Origin: a virus
Lineage: Duplodnaviria > Heunggongvirae > Uroviricota > Caudoviricetes
Virus record (IMG/VR): IMGVR_UViG_2541047777_000015
Length of the DNA: 32,257 nt
Reading direction: 5' to 3' (one strand)
The notes beneath the pieces are model-generated. The model was given only the letters and a program-made list of their open reading frames with translations, searched no databases and was not told the origin of the DNA. A program made the translations under genes and the position numbers. Every line of letters begins with the position of its first letter. The first letter of the stretch is position 1. Below are positions 8,831 through 19,016 of the stretch, in pieces.

Positions 8831-9133
8831 TTCTCCCAAACCAAGGTTTTCGAGAGCCGTTTTCACCGTGCCGTCCGATTTGATATCGCTAAACGGATTC
8901 TTGCGGCTTAACAGCAGCGCACGAAGCGCGGTAAGCAGCTGGTCGTGCCGCGCCTTCTCCAGACTGGCACCGGATGCCTCCACCACGCTGCAGAGTTCTT
9001 CCTGCAACATGTCAAAGTAGTCATCATCCAGATCGGTGGCAGGCGTGCCTGTCTGGGGGTTACCACGGGTAAAACCGTTCTTACCCGCGCCGAACTTATC
9101 CTTCTGCGCGGTTTTCGTGTCTATACGATGCAT
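8795..9133 (-). CDS. tail-fibre protein, constant N-terminal part (Sc-like), ending 13 codons inside the invertible segment
   Basis: 112-aa ORF with RBS GGAG 8 nt upstream. It follows the DUF2313 and baseplate genes in Mu/e14 order. The C-terminal [15 protein letters not shown] is encoded by the crossover repeat, with a stop immediately after. Confidence 0.65.
   Translation of the reverse strand: MHRIDTKTAQKDKFGAGKNGFTRGNPQTGTPATDLDDDYFDMLQEELCSVVEASGASLEKARHDQLLTALRALLLSRKNPFSDIKSDGTVKTALENLGLGEAAKLNVGIRVQ
8831..8856. repeat. hix/gix-like inversion crossover site (right)
   Basis: TTCTCCCAAACC-AA-GGTTTTCGAGAG, 17/24 half-site matches to the hix consensus. Lies inside the 3' end of the constant tail-fibre ORF. 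Confidence 0.6.
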
Positions 9134-9136
9134 GGA

Positions 9137-9721
9137 TTACTCCGGATATTTAAAAATTACGTAGGTATGCGAAGGGCAGAGTTTGTTAAGCACACATTCG
9201 ACGACGGTGTCGCCCCAGATACGCAGCGCGGAATCACAGGGATCGCCACATGTCATCCAGGTGCTGTTGGTGGCGGCTGGCATGTTGACCTGCCAGTAAT
9301 ACCGCCATTCCGGCGCATTCACCGCGTCAGTACAGGCCGATGAGCAGGTGAACGTGCTTTTGTCGTATCGCGTGATGGTGGCGTCTGGTCTGCCCAGGGC
9401 AGCAAGCTGTGCAAGGTAAAAATCCTCATTGATGCCGCCCGCCAGGTTAACCTTCGCATCCAGTCGTTGCTGACGCTGGCGAAGGGTCTGTGTTCCTGCG
9501 GGAATACATTCATCCGGCAGGCCGCACAGACGCTCCCAGCGATTTATCAGTTCGGTGGTGGTGCGCGGATCCAGCTCCCGCATCAGGGCATCCGCACGCT
9601 GATGAACGCGGGTTAATGACTGTGCCGCACCGGCAATCGCCGGATCGCTGGCTGACCACGCCGGACCGGGCGGCAGCAGTGCCGACAACAGACGGATGTA
9701 ATCATCGTTTGTCACGCCCAT
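9137..9721 (-). CDS. phage tail protein, DUF2313 (Mu gp48 / e14 YmfQ-like)
   Basis: 194 aa, located between the baseplate J-like gene and the tail fibre as in Mu-type tail modules. Confidence 0.7.
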   Translation of the reverse strand: MGVTNDDYIRLLSALLPPGPAWSASDPAIAGAAQSLTRVHQRADALMRELDPRTTTELINRWERLCGLPDECIPAGTQTLRQRQQRLDAKVNLAGGINEDFYLAQLAALGRPDATITRYDKSTFTCSSACTDAVNAPEWRYYWQVNMPAATNSTWMTCGDPCDSALRIWGDTVVECVLNKLCPSHTYVIFKYPE

Positions 9722-10770
9722 GAAATCGTCCCCAGAACCGCCAGTTCATTTTTTGCAATGGAGATATTTTCCGCCGGTGCAAGCAATTGATGGCTGTATT
9801 CCCCGTTCGCACCGGAAATCGCTTCACTGATACGCGACACCTTCAGTTCTCCCTGCGGATAACCATCACGCAGCAGGAACGAACGCAACTCCGCGGTGAT
9901 GGCAGCCCGTATTTCCGGTGTATCCGGCGTCACACGGATATGAAAATCCACCGTATGCGCCACCGGCCTGAACACATACAAATCAGAGCCTGCCACCGGG
10001 GCCAGTGGCCCGATATGTTGTCTTGCCGCCGTTTCCGTTGATTCTTCCGGAATGGGATTAATCAGGTCACTGCTGGCAATCATCACACCGACAGTCCCCG
10101 TTCCCATCCAGTGACGGTATGCCCATGCGCGGGTAATGCCGGGCAATTCTTTAGCCCAGACAACATAGTCCCCGTCAGCCCCGCCCTGAGGCGTCCAGTA
10201 ATACCGCTCAATGACGCGGGCGCGCCACGTTTCCAGCTCTTCAGTATCAAATCCACCTGTCAGAGTGTCTGCCACGCCGGAAGACGGCAGACCATTAACC
10301 GGCGTGACCAGGATTAATGACGTACCGTCGTCAGCGTTACCGACCGCGCCTGCACTTGAGCAGGCGATCGGCACGCGCAGGACACCACCGGCGCTGGTTG
10401 CATCGGCAGTTGCCGTGTACTGAATCAGGTCATCGCGCTGAATAACACTCCCGGCGGTCACCTTCAGGCCATCGCTGACGCCTTCCCAGCGCATATACCC
10501 GCTGGCAGTCGTGGCCCCCTTGCGCGGACACCGTTTCATCGCAGCATGTCGCGCCAGCCAGGACTCATCGCACAGGTCAGGCAGCATGTTCATTGCCAGA
10601 TAATCGATGTACCCGTAAACCGTATGCAGCGCCGCCGCATACACCTTTGCCCGCACGTCTTCATCCATGCGCCGGAGCGTGTCGCTGACGTCCAGCCTGG
10701 CGAATAAATCGTTACGGAGCATACTGATATTTTCTGCCAGCGTCGGGCGCTGAAATTCACTGTCCGCCAT
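9712..10770 (-). CDS. baseplate J-like protein (Mu gp47 family)
   Basis: 352 aa; position and size fit the baseplate wedge J family; overlaps neighbours as in an operon. Confidence 0.75.
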   Translation of the reverse strand: MADSEFQRPTLAENISMLRNDLFARLDVSDTLRRMDEDVRAKVYAAALHTVYGYIDYLAMNMLPDLCDESWLARHAAMKRCPRKGATTASGYMRWEGVSDGLKVTAGSVIQRDDLIQYTATADATSAGGVLRVPIACSSAGAVGNADDGTSLILVTPVNGLPSSGVADTLTGGFDTEELETWRARVIERYYWTPQGGADGDYVVWAKELPGITRAWAYRHWMGTGTVGVMIASSDLINPIPEESTETAARQHIGPLAPVAGSDLYVFRPVAHTVDFHIRVTPDTPEIRAAITAELRSFLLRDGYPQGELKVSRISEAISGANGEYSHQLLAPAENISIAKNELAVLGTISWA

Positions 10771-11185
10771 GCGTTATCGCACTCCACAGATCATCTAAAG
10801 AAATCATTACCGGTCCGTCACGACGCCAGAGAGTGATACTGTTACCCAGTTCATTAATCCCGGTGCGGAGGATATCCAGATCAATACGGGACACCACGCC
10901 GTCATCAATCATCCATTGCAGGCATTCGCGGATATACCCCCTTACCGTCTGCACCAGCTGATTGGTCAGTTTGCTGCGCTGAAGCAGCCACAGTCGGGAG
11001 CCGTAACGGTCATTCTGTACCGCAGGCCAGGTATCCCCCCACCATCCCATCGGGACGTCGGCGTTGTCATCAGGCTCCGCCCGCCGCCAGGTAAACAGGG
11101 AAATCACCACGGCGCGGGTCAGCGGATCCAGCGGTGCGCTGGCGCAGGTGCGTTTACCGTTCACCGTCAGCCACAGTTCCATCAT
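10757..11185 (-). CDS. baseplate protein (Mu gp46-like)
   Basis: 142 aa, between the spike and J-like genes; start overlaps the upstream stop. Confidence 0.65.
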   Translation of the reverse strand: MMELWLTVNGKRTCASAPLDPLTRAVVISLFTWRRAEPDDNADVPMGWWGDTWPAVQNDRYGSRLWLLQRSKLTNQLVQTVRGYIRECLQWMIDDGVVSRIDLDILRTGINELGNSITLWRRDGPVMISLDDLWSAITHGGQ

Positions 11186-11730
11186 GCCTCCATCGCTTTA
11201 TCAGGTTTGTCGGTGTTACTGCCCTGACCGTTCTCTCTGTGACGATGCCCGTTATAGGCAAGCCGCATCGCTGACATGGTGGTGCCGCTGGAGTCGCACA
11301 GGTCTTTCACCTGTCCTGTCACTTCCAGGTCCATTTCAAAACGTGCTTCAGGTGCATTGCGAAACGTGATCGTTTTACCTGCACCGTCCACCACGATCCC
11401 CTCCCGGGTCAGCGTCACAGACTGCCCCTGATCGTCATAGACCGCCACCTCACCCGTCTGCAGCCCTTTCAGGCGGTAGCGCCGGTCCGACACCGTAACA
11501 ACCACCGCATGAGAACGGTCACCATCCGGAAACAACACCACCGCTTCCGCACCGCTGTTTGCCCTTGCGGTAAAACCGTAGGGTTCAAGATGTTCAACCC
11601 CGGCTTTGGGTTCACCGGCAATCAGGGACACATCCACGGTCTGACATTTCGTGGCGGCACTGATGCTTTTCACCACTGCCCGCCCAATCAGGCCGAGGAG
11701 TTGTCGCTGCATGGCTTCAATCGTACTCAT
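11182..11730 (-). CDS. baseplate assembly protein V / spike (Mu gp45-like)
   Basis: 182 aa; ATGA overlap with the upstream gene; position after the hub gene. Confidence 0.65.
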   Translation of the reverse strand: MSTIEAMQRQLLGLIGRAVVKSISAATKCQTVDVSLIAGEPKAGVEHLEPYGFTARANSGAEAVVLFPDGDRSHAVVVTVSDRRYRLKGLQTGEVAVYDDQGQSVTLTREGIVVDGAGKTITFRNAPEARFEMDLEVTGQVKDLCDSSGTTMSAMRLAYNGHRHRENGQGSNTDKPDKAMEA

Positions 11731-12809
11731 CAGAACGGGTCCTCCTGTACTCTGGCTTTTTTCTTTTTCCGCGCGCCGGGGGCTTCGGGTTCAGGCAGAT
11801 AAGCATCAGGTGGGCCGACACGGATTTCCGTCAGGGTGCCGTTCTGGTCCTGAGTAAACGTGACTTCCGAGACAAGCAGTTCGGTATTGTCGAAACCACA
11901 GACCGGATCGAAGACAATCACCCGCTGGTTGGGCTGCCACAGCGTACCGTTACCCTGTCGCCAGCCCTGCACCACATAGGTGGTTTCATCCGTCCGCGCC
12001 GCCCGTTGTCGGGCTTCAAAGTCAGCACGCGCAATACAGCCTGCCCCCGTAGCCTGCCCTGTCTGCCTGATATACATCGGACGGTAACGGGCAATAAATG
12101 CGTCCTCTGTGCGGGCCCGCAGCGCGCTGGTGGTGGCCTCACCGAAATCATCGTCGTTTCCAGCACGCTGCCCCGCCACCTGGTAAACAGAAAACCGCTC
12201 CCGGATACTCTTCTCCGTATCGCAGGAAAGGATGTTTTCCCCGAGTACCAGCGCAGTATGTGCCCGCGTTGAGCCAATACCGCCAATCACCAGCCTGCCG
12301 TGTGGGTCGTCGTAAGCCAGTGCCTGCTGCTGACCGAGTATTTTGTTGATTACCTCAATCACCGTTTCACCGTGATCGGGCTGGACGTCAGGAATAACAC
12401 CCGACGGCGCACCGTTGTTCACCACCTCAATGCCGAAAGGCGCAGCAAGCGCCTGCGCAATCTGTACCAGCGATCGTCCGTTAAACTGTGTCGGTTCGGC
12501 TGCACAGTCAATCAGGTCAGCGGTCAGACTGCGTCCGGCAATACCGGTGCTGACCGAACGGGCATCGTAACGAACGGGCGTCGCCTCCACCCAGCCGGTG
12601 ATCACCAGCTCATCACCAATCAGCACCTCCACTTTTGAACCGTTTTTAATGCGCGGCTGAAGCGTGGTGATACCCTCATCACCCGGCCACTGGCGGGTGA
12701 TCTCCACACTGAAATCCCGCGCCAGCCGTTCAATACCGGCACCGATGCGCACCGATGTCCAGCCATTCCACTCCCGGCCATTTACCCGTAGCGTGACGTT
12801 ATCGTTCAT
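11730..12809 (-). CDS. baseplate hub / tail protein (Mu gp44, P2 gpD-like)
   Basis: 359 aa, follows the DNA-circulation gene as in Mu. Confidence 0.65.
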   Translation of the reverse strand: MNDNVTLRVNGREWNGWTSVRIGAGIERLARDFSVEITRQWPGDEGITTLQPRIKNGSKVEVLIGDELVITGWVEATPVRYDARSVSTGIAGRSLTADLIDCAAEPTQFNGRSLVQIAQALAAPFGIEVVNNGAPSGVIPDVQPDHGETVIEVINKILGQQQALAYDDPHGRLVIGGIGSTRAHTALVLGENILSCDTEKSIRERFSVYQVAGQRAGNDDDFGEATTSALRARTEDAFIARYRPMYIRQTGQATGAGCIARADFEARQRAARTDETTYVVQGWRQGNGTLWQPNQRVIVFDPVCGFDNTELLVSEVTFTQDQNGTLTEIRVGPPDAYLPEPEAPGARKKKKARVQEDPF

Positions 12810-14134
12810 TGCACTGGCACCTTCAGAGGGATCACCGGCACAAAGCCGGGATGCGTAATGGCATTACGCCGGATAATGTCCGCGTCACGCGCCGCGTTAT
12901 CAAACCAGGTCGCCGCCAGCACCAGCGCGGGTAAAACCTCATCCGGTGTGCGCTGAATGATCCGTGCAGACTGTTCAAGGCGCGTGTTGATATCCGCATT
13001 CAGATCTGCTTTCACCCGGCGCAGCGCCAGAAACAGCACATCACTGGTTGTACGGGACAACTCCTTATCAATTGCCGTATTCAGTGTGTCGCGAATGTCG
13101 GTCAGTTCTTCCCACGTTGGCAGGTCAACCGTGTTTTTCACCGCCGGTGCATTGTTCAGTGCCGGATGCGTGACAGAAGGCCAGCCGGTGCTCTGCGCGG
13201 GTGTTGTTGACTGCCCCACTGTGGCATTCTGCATCACCGCGGAAGTTGTGGGCGCAGGCAATCGTGTGACGGCATACGCCGCTTCGCTGATTGCGGTCGT
13301 ACGAAGGGTGCTGGCAACCACGTTACGCTGCTGCGTCGCCGTGGCGGTGGTTTTACTGTCCGTTTTCCAGACGCCGCGCGGTTGCAGATCGCTGCCGAGG
13401 CTGACACCGGAAAGCGTTTTGATCATGGTGACCAGGTCGCTGGCGTTACCATAAAGGCGTTTCCCGGTACGCCACATTTTCTGCACCTGCTCAACGAAAT
13501 TTTTGCCTGACGATGGCGGCGGCAGAAGTACCGAGATATCCCCCTGCAACAGCCTGGCGGCATCCGATACGGCAGAATCCACCACTTTCATCGCATCAGA
13601 AACATACCCAAGCATTGTGCTGGCATTACCGACGACGTCGTTCTGCACAAAATCTGCCACGCCATCGATACTGAAACCACTGAAGCTGTCACTGATGCAG
13701 TCATCCAGTGCAGAACAGGATGACATCAGCGTCTGCGCCGTCGCCGCACCTGAAGTGGGGTAAGAGAGTTCTCCCGCTTCGACAAACTTCAGGTCAAAGC
13801 GGACAATACGCCCTTCACTCTTCGATGTGCTGACCCGAACTTCCCCGTCAACACAGACTTTCAGCTCACCGTAAGTCGGATGGACAAGCGTGCCGGGACC
13901 GGGTTTATTCAGCGCGTCAATCAGGCGATCGCGCTGGTCAAAGCAGTCATCTCCCACCACATAAGCTGTGATGGACGGGCGGAAAGTGATTTTCCCCAGG
14001 TCTTCGGTATAGGGTTTGTCGCGGTTCGGGTATTCGTGCGTTTCCACACGACGACCGGTTCCCGCACTTTCTTCTTCAACCTTAAACGGCACACCGCGAA
14101 ATGACGCGTCCTGAAGTCTGTCTTTCCACGTCAT
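12806..14134 (-). CDS. phage DNA circulation protein (Mu gp43-like, N-terminal domain)
   Basis: N-terminus MTWKDRLQDASFRGVPF is typical of the family. ATG at 14134 has GGAG 7 nt upstream; the track start at 14176 would overlap a small stem-loop. Confidence 0.7.
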   Translation of the reverse strand: MTWKDRLQDASFRGVPFKVEEESAGTGRRVETHEYPNRDKPYTEDLGKITFRPSITAYVVGDDCFDQRDRLIDALNKPGPGTLVHPTYGELKVCVDGEVRVSTSKSEGRIVRFDLKFVEAGELSYPTSGAATAQTLMSSCSALDDCISDSFSGFSIDGVADFVQNDVVGNASTMLGYVSDAMKVVDSAVSDAARLLQGDISVLLPPPSSGKNFVEQVQKMWRTGKRLYGNASDLVTMIKTLSGVSLGSDLQPRGVWKTDSKTTATATQQRNVVASTLRTTAISEAAYAVTRLPAPTTSAVMQNATVGQSTTPAQSTGWPSVTHPALNNAPAVKNTVDLPTWEELTDIRDTLNTAIDKELSRTTSDVLFLALRRVKADLNADINTRLEQSARIIQRTPDEVLPALVLAATWFDNAARDADIIRRNAITHPGFVPVIPLKVPVQ

Positions 14135-14194
14135 ATAAACTCCGTACATAAAAAATCCCACCGGAGTGGGACTCATTAACAGATTAATTTTTCA

Positions 14195-16030
14195 TTACCT
14201 GCCAAAGCGCGTATAGCCAACATCATGGCTGACATCAAAACCGCTGGATCGCGTTTCCATAACCCGCATACCCGGAGGTGAATTCACAAAAGAGACCTTG
14301 ATCTCACCATCAACTTTTGGCGCAGAAGCTTTGTTAATCATGAAGGGATTCGGGCCTGTGGCACCGGAGGCGTTGTTTGACTGAGCCGGATCCACCGCCT
14401 GATAAGGTGTGTATCCCCGTGCCGGTATTCCCGTCCCATAAGCATCATAAGCACCCGCGCCCCACTGCGCAGAGTTAATGGCATCGACCGTGTCACCGGA
14501 ACTGTCGGTAAACCACTCAATAATTGGCTTCAGCTTGTCCCACATATCCTGAAACCACTTAACAACCGGTCCCCAGTTATTGATTACCATCCCCAGCGGC
14601 GACCAGGCAAAAACCTTCTTCAGAAGTTCCCGGCCAGCCTCAAAATAAGGACCAATGGTTTCCCAGAGCTTCTTGAAATAAGGTCCGACAACATCCCAGT
14701 TAGTGATAATTAATCCCGCAGCCAGGGCTATCGCCGTCGCAATCATGCCAATCGGCGTCATCGACATGATCCTGCTGACAATACTGATGGCACCGCCAAC
14801 GCCCATCAATCCCAGTTTCAGAATCGCAAGACCGGCAGCAAGCCCGACGACGCCGCGAATAACCCGGGGATTTTCATCCGCAAACTTCGTGAATTTCTCC
14901 CCCAACTCCCCCAGCCATTGCGTGATATTTTTAGCGTCACCAGAAAATGCGCCGCCAATAGCCGCAAGGCCGTTAGTTGCGGTCCCTGTCATTGCCTCCC
15001 ACAGGTTGGACAGCGTACCAAGCTGTGCCTGAACACGTTTATTCAGACTGGCCTGTTTATTCATCTTCTGCTGGATCTGGTCGTAGCCATCCTTTCCTTT
15101 ATCGATTAGTGCATTGACCACCTGAAGGGTTTCGGCATCATCACCAAATATTGCCTTAAGTACACCAGTTCGCTTAACGTCGGTCAGTTTTCGCAGCTTT
15201 GCCAGTTGCCTGAACATGTTATCAAGACCGCCAAAACTCCCTTTGCCGTCAGTAAAATCGAGCTGTACCCCGAGTTTCTGGCGGGCCATGACTTTATTGA
15301 CGTCCCTGATTTTCTTAACGCTTAATCCGGACTGGATAACTTTTCGCAGGGCGTTACCTGCCGACTCCCCGTTCATCCCCATCTGATCCATCATGACGCT
15401 GATGGGGGCAAGGCTCTGTGCAGCCTGAAGACCGTCCTTGTTCACCATCTTCAGAACAGAGCTGGTTTTAGTGAAGAAGGACAACATGTTGGTATCGTCA
15501 ACGCCCAGATAAAACGCCTTCTGGATAGTGTCGAACAGCCCCATCATGTCTTCTGACGCCGTTCCGGTAGCATCCTGCATCTTTGCGGCAAACTCGGCAG
15601 CCGCTTCCGGTGTTTTTTTCAGTTGTACCGCAAGATAAGCTGTCGCTTTACCCACACCGCCAAGAATGTTTTCTGCCGGGATCCCCTGACGCACCAGCAT
15701 CTGCATCATGTTCTGGAAATCAGCCGTTGTACCGGGTAGCTGGTTACCCAGACCAATAGCCAGTTTATTGATGTCCTGAAAGCGCTTTCCGACCTCACCG
15801 TTCGCATCCATCATGGCAACTTTCAGCCCGGTGGCGGCGTTTTCCTGATCGGCATAAGATTTCAGGGAAAGCGTCAGACCCGCAGCCAGTCCGCCACCAA
15901 GCGCCAGCCCACCCTGTGACGCTTCTTCCGCCTGGCGTTTAAATCCCCGGATTTTCTTTTGCATTTTCGACAGCGCGGGAGAAAGCCTGTCGACACCGGT
16001 GATCAACGCCTTAAGCTCAAATTCAGCCAT
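14195..16030 (-). CDS. tail tape measure protein
   Basis: 611 aa with Gly/Ala-rich helical and hydrophobic segments. Follows the frameshifted chaperone pair; RBS AGGAG upstream. Confidence 0.85.
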   Translation of the reverse strand: MAEFELKALITGVDRLSPALSKMQKKIRGFKRQAEEASQGGLALGGGLAAGLTLSLKSYADQENAATGLKVAMMDANGEVGKRFQDINKLAIGLGNQLPGTTADFQNMMQMLVRQGIPAENILGGVGKATAYLAVQLKKTPEAAAEFAAKMQDATGTASEDMMGLFDTIQKAFYLGVDDTNMLSFFTKTSSVLKMVNKDGLQAAQSLAPISVMMDQMGMNGESAGNALRKVIQSGLSVKKIRDVNKVMARQKLGVQLDFTDGKGSFGGLDNMFRQLAKLRKLTDVKRTGVLKAIFGDDAETLQVVNALIDKGKDGYDQIQQKMNKQASLNKRVQAQLGTLSNLWEAMTGTATNGLAAIGGAFSGDAKNITQWLGELGEKFTKFADENPRVIRGVVGLAAGLAILKLGLMGVGGAISIVSRIMSMTPIGMIATAIALAAGLIITNWDVVGPYFKKLWETIGPYFEAGRELLKKVFAWSPLGMVINNWGPVVKWFQDMWDKLKPIIEWFTDSSGDTVDAINSAQWGAGAYDAYGTGIPARGYTPYQAVDPAQSNNASGATGPNPFMINKASAPKVDGEIKVSFVNSPPGMRVMETRSSGFDVSHDVGYTRFGR

Positions 16031-16190
16031 GTGTGCGTTTCTCCTGCTCTATCCTGTTTGCCTGACTGACCAGCAAGGGAATTTCACTGATCGGCATATT
16101 CAGCAATTCGAAGGGATTAATGCGCCAGTAGCTGGCGCAGTCAAAGAAGCGATCAGTGAGGTATTCAGCCGTCAGGCCTGGAGGAAAAAA
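16023..16190 (-). CDS. tail assembly chaperone -1 frameshift extension (GT-like product, joined to 16190-16441)
   Basis: The overlapping -1 frame is open from the slippery heptamer T TTT TTC (minus strand, plus coords 16184-16190) to a stop at 16023, just before the tape measure start. Confidence 0.6.
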   Translation of the reverse strand, partial: FFPPGLTAEYLTDRFFDCASYWRINPFELLNMPISEIPLLVSQANRIEQEKRTHG

Positions 16191-16441
16191 CCAGCCACAA
16201 GCCACGCCGCAGCATTCAGGTCTGCCGGAGACATCTGGTCGACAGAGTTTTGCGGCACTTTCGCCAGCCGCACAATGTATTTCGATACCACATGCGCCAG
16301 AAGTCTGACGGACTCATCCTGATTCATCTGGTAGGGATACCCCAGCTCGCGGACATCTTTCCCGGTGGGCTCATCAAACTCCAGTACGGAGAGTGTCTCG
16401 CCATGAGCGGTAATCGGTTTCTTTAACTCAAGCTCTTTCAT
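16172..16441 (-). CDS. tail assembly chaperone (lambda G / Mu gp41-like)
   Basis: 89-aa ORF immediately upstream of the tape measure gene; contains the slippery site near its 3' end. Confidence 0.7.
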   Translation of the reverse strand: MKELELKKPITAHGETLSVLEFDEPTGKDVRELGYPYQMNQDESVRLLAHVVSKYIVRLAKVPQNSVDQMSPADLNAAAWLVAGFFLQA

Positions 16442-16797
16442 TACTGGTAATCCCCTTCTTCACCGTGGAACTCAAGATCAACCGTCCCTTCTTCGGCATT
16501 ATGGTTCGCTTCGCCGTGCAGCCAGGCAGACGACAGTACATAGACCTGACCGTTCGCCAGCTCGGCAGTGATGGTCATCTCATCAGACGAGGTGATTTTG
16601 CTCACCGGAAAATTCTTCGGCACCTTGAAGGTCCCTTTAACATAAGGCGCACGGTGAGTTTCCTTGCGGTCCACTGAACCGTCCAGGCCGATGATGTCAT
16701 CATTGACCGTCCTGTTCATGGGCACCTCAATGCCGCCGGTCAGCGATAGCTGCTGACCGTCAATTTTGAAATAACAGGTTCCCCCGATACGGGCCAT
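16441..16797 (-). CDS. contractile tail tube protein
   Basis: 118 aa, directly downstream of the sheath gene; stop/start overlaps with both neighbours. Confidence 0.75.
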   Translation of the reverse strand: MARIGGTCYFKIDGQQLSLTGGIEVPMNRTVNDDIIGLDGSVDRKETHRAPYVKGTFKVPKNFPVSKITSSDEMTITAELANGQVYVLSSAWLHGEANHNAEEGTVDLEFHGEEGDYQ

Positions 16798-18293
16798 TAT
16801 GCGGACTCCTCTGAATACTGAAGACGGAACTGGTTAACCACGGCAAAGACACGCAACTGGTTAACATAGTCAGGCGGGAACAGCGTGTTCAGGCGGTTCG
16901 GATCGCTGGCATCACGCTCCACAACCAGGTACTGCTTAAAAAGTTCGTAGTTTTCCACGATCCCCGCACGCTCAAGCTGACGGTAGGTTGCCAGCAGTTC
17001 CCCTTTGATCACCGCCGGGGTGACAATCGCCTGACCGGGACCAAAGCGGGTACCGTCGCTGGCAAGCTTGTGACGCCCGTACTTACTGGTAATGACGGAT
17101 TTCAGTTTGCGCAGTACATACGCACTGGTATGCAGCGTCTCGCTGTCGAGGTAGCTGTTATCCGCAACCCCGTAAGCGTTTTTCCTGTACGTGGTGACAT
17201 CACGCTGAATGCGCAGTACCCCGCTTTCGACATACGCCGTTGCCACGCCATGAGACAGCAGGGTCTTTTGTTCGGTCATCGTGAACCGTTTCCCCTTCGG
17301 CGCAGGCAGCATACCCACCAGCTCACCGGTCTGCGTGGGACGTGCCGGATCGTTGCGGATAAACACCGCTGCGCGGGCGGTACGGCTTGCCGCCAGCTCG
17401 TCGGCAGGCGTCTGGGTGTCTTTTTCGTACCCCGCCAGGGTAATGTGCTGCTGGTTAAACTGGTCACCTGCGGTCACCAGTTCTGACAGCGTGCCGGTCT
17501 TTGCCGTATACACATGACCATACAGCTGACGCGCATAGCTCCAGCGACCGCTGGTATCGTTCATCTCGGTCACCAGCGTGTTAACGGAGGCCGTGTCGTT
17601 GAACGGCAGGCCGATATAATCAAACGGCTCATCCGCCATTGCAGCCACAGCGCCGGTGAGAACCGGAGCACCCGTTCCGGCGGTACCCGTCACCACGGCA
17701 ATCTGTACGCCCGCTGGCAGCACTTCGCCCCCACCAAAGCCGTAGTAATTGAGGCTGACAGGAATTTCATTCCCGCAAAGCCCCTTATGACGCGCGGTCA
17801 GTGTGACCACGCCTGCCGAAGATGAAGCCGTAAACGGCAGGGTCGGAACGGCATTGATGGCATCCTGGATACTGCTGGCAATCATCGTAACGTTATCGCC
17901 GTTAGTCACCGGTACCTGCACGCGGGTACGTCCCACATACACATTCACCGTGCCGGTTTCGGTTGCCGCCCCGGTCACCGTCAGCGTAACCGTTGCCGCC
18001 GCGCCTGTGGATTCAGGAACGGCAATCACATACAGCTCGCCAAACGGGTCAGTCTGGCGATAAGCCTCGACCATACGCGCCAGCTGACTTCCCGCACCAC
18101 AAATCTGGCGTGCATAGTCTGCCGACGGCATCAGTACCAGACTGTTGGCAACAATCTCTGCACCGTTATTGGCATGACCAATCAGCAGCGATGCTCCGCT
18201 GTCCTGTGCAGTATTCGCAGCCTGGTTATCCATTTCCGCATAAAACAGCGGAACCAGCGTATTCGACGGAATGGTGTTAAAGCTTATCGTCAT
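16797..18293 (-). CDS. contractile tail sheath protein
   Basis: 498 aa; RBS AAGGTG upstream; followed by tube, chaperone and tape measure genes. Confidence 0.85.
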   Translation of the reverse strand: MTISFNTIPSNTLVPLFYAEMDNQAANTAQDSGASLLIGHANNGAEIVANSLVLMPSADYARQICGAGSQLARMVEAYRQTDPFGELYVIAVPESTGAAATVTLTVTGAATETGTVNVYVGRTRVQVPVTNGDNVTMIASSIQDAINAVPTLPFTASSSAGVVTLTARHKGLCGNEIPVSLNYYGFGGGEVLPAGVQIAVVTGTAGTGAPVLTGAVAAMADEPFDYIGLPFNDTASVNTLVTEMNDTSGRWSYARQLYGHVYTAKTGTLSELVTAGDQFNQQHITLAGYEKDTQTPADELAASRTARAAVFIRNDPARPTQTGELVGMLPAPKGKRFTMTEQKTLLSHGVATAYVESGVLRIQRDVTTYRKNAYGVADNSYLDSETLHTSAYVLRKLKSVITSKYGRHKLASDGTRFGPGQAIVTPAVIKGELLATYRQLERAGIVENYELFKQYLVVERDASDPNRLNTLFPPDYVNQLRVFAVVNQFRLQYSEESA

Positions 18294-18455
18294 CGGTGTT
18301 CACCTTTTTATTCACGCGCCGGATATCACCCGCTGCTTCACGGCGCAGCCAGTAGTTGTTCTCATCAACATTTCGCCCTTCGGCGGGCAAAAGGTCGCCG
18401 CGGGCAGGGTCAGGCACTGACCGCCCTTTAACAGGTTTCACAAACATGATGATCC

Positions 18456-19016
18456 TCAGGAAGGAAGGGGTATTTCGGTGTGATGTTCGATATCGCCGTC
18501 AGACCCGTTACCGGGATCGAGATAATCAACATCAATCGCCAGCGTTCGCAGTTCATCCAGACTGTTCAGGTCATCCTGCTGGCGGGTATCGTCTTCGGTC
18601 AGCTCTCTGATGACCGAAAAATCGAACTGATAAATCAGCTCATGACGATTCAGATCCAGCAGCGTGCCGCCGTCATAGGTAATCGGGTTACCGCACGCTT
18701 CCGGGTTCCAGCCCAGCAGGGCCTTAAAGAGCATCTGCCGGACATCGTCCACCACATCATACGAGGCAAACTGACCGCGCTCATCACGTCCGTTACTCAG
18801 TATGACAACCACGGAGAAGCCCTCTTTCAGCTCCTGCCAGTAGTCGGTCTGGCTTTTGTTTTCTCCCGGAGAGTCATCACCCGGTACCACATATGCCGCC
18901 GGGAGTCTCAGCTTTCCGACCTCCGGCAGATTTTTGAACTGTGCCGCGCCTGCCACCCGGTTTTCAAAATACGGGCAGCGGGCACGCAGCGCAGCAATAA
19001 CAGGCGTCAGTTTCAT
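18456..19016 (-). CDS. tail completion / sheath terminator-like protein (Mu gp37-like)
   Basis: 186 aa, between the head-tail joining genes and the sheath; function assigned from position only. Confidence 0.55.
   Translation of the reverse strand: MKLTPVIAALRARCPYFENRVAGAAQFKNLPEVGKLRLPAAYVVPGDDSPGENKSQTDYWQELKEGFSVVVILSNGRDERGQFASYDVVDDVRQMLFKALLGWNPEACGNPITYDGGTLLDLNRHELIYQFDFSVIRELTEDDTRQQDDLNSLDELRTLAIDVDYLDPGNGSDGDIEHHTEIPLPS

Noticed and set aside
14157-14170. Small hairpin with U-run after the tape measure gene as an internal terminator
   Set aside because: Only a 5-bp stem and it lies inside an operon; used only as weak support for the downstream start at 14134.
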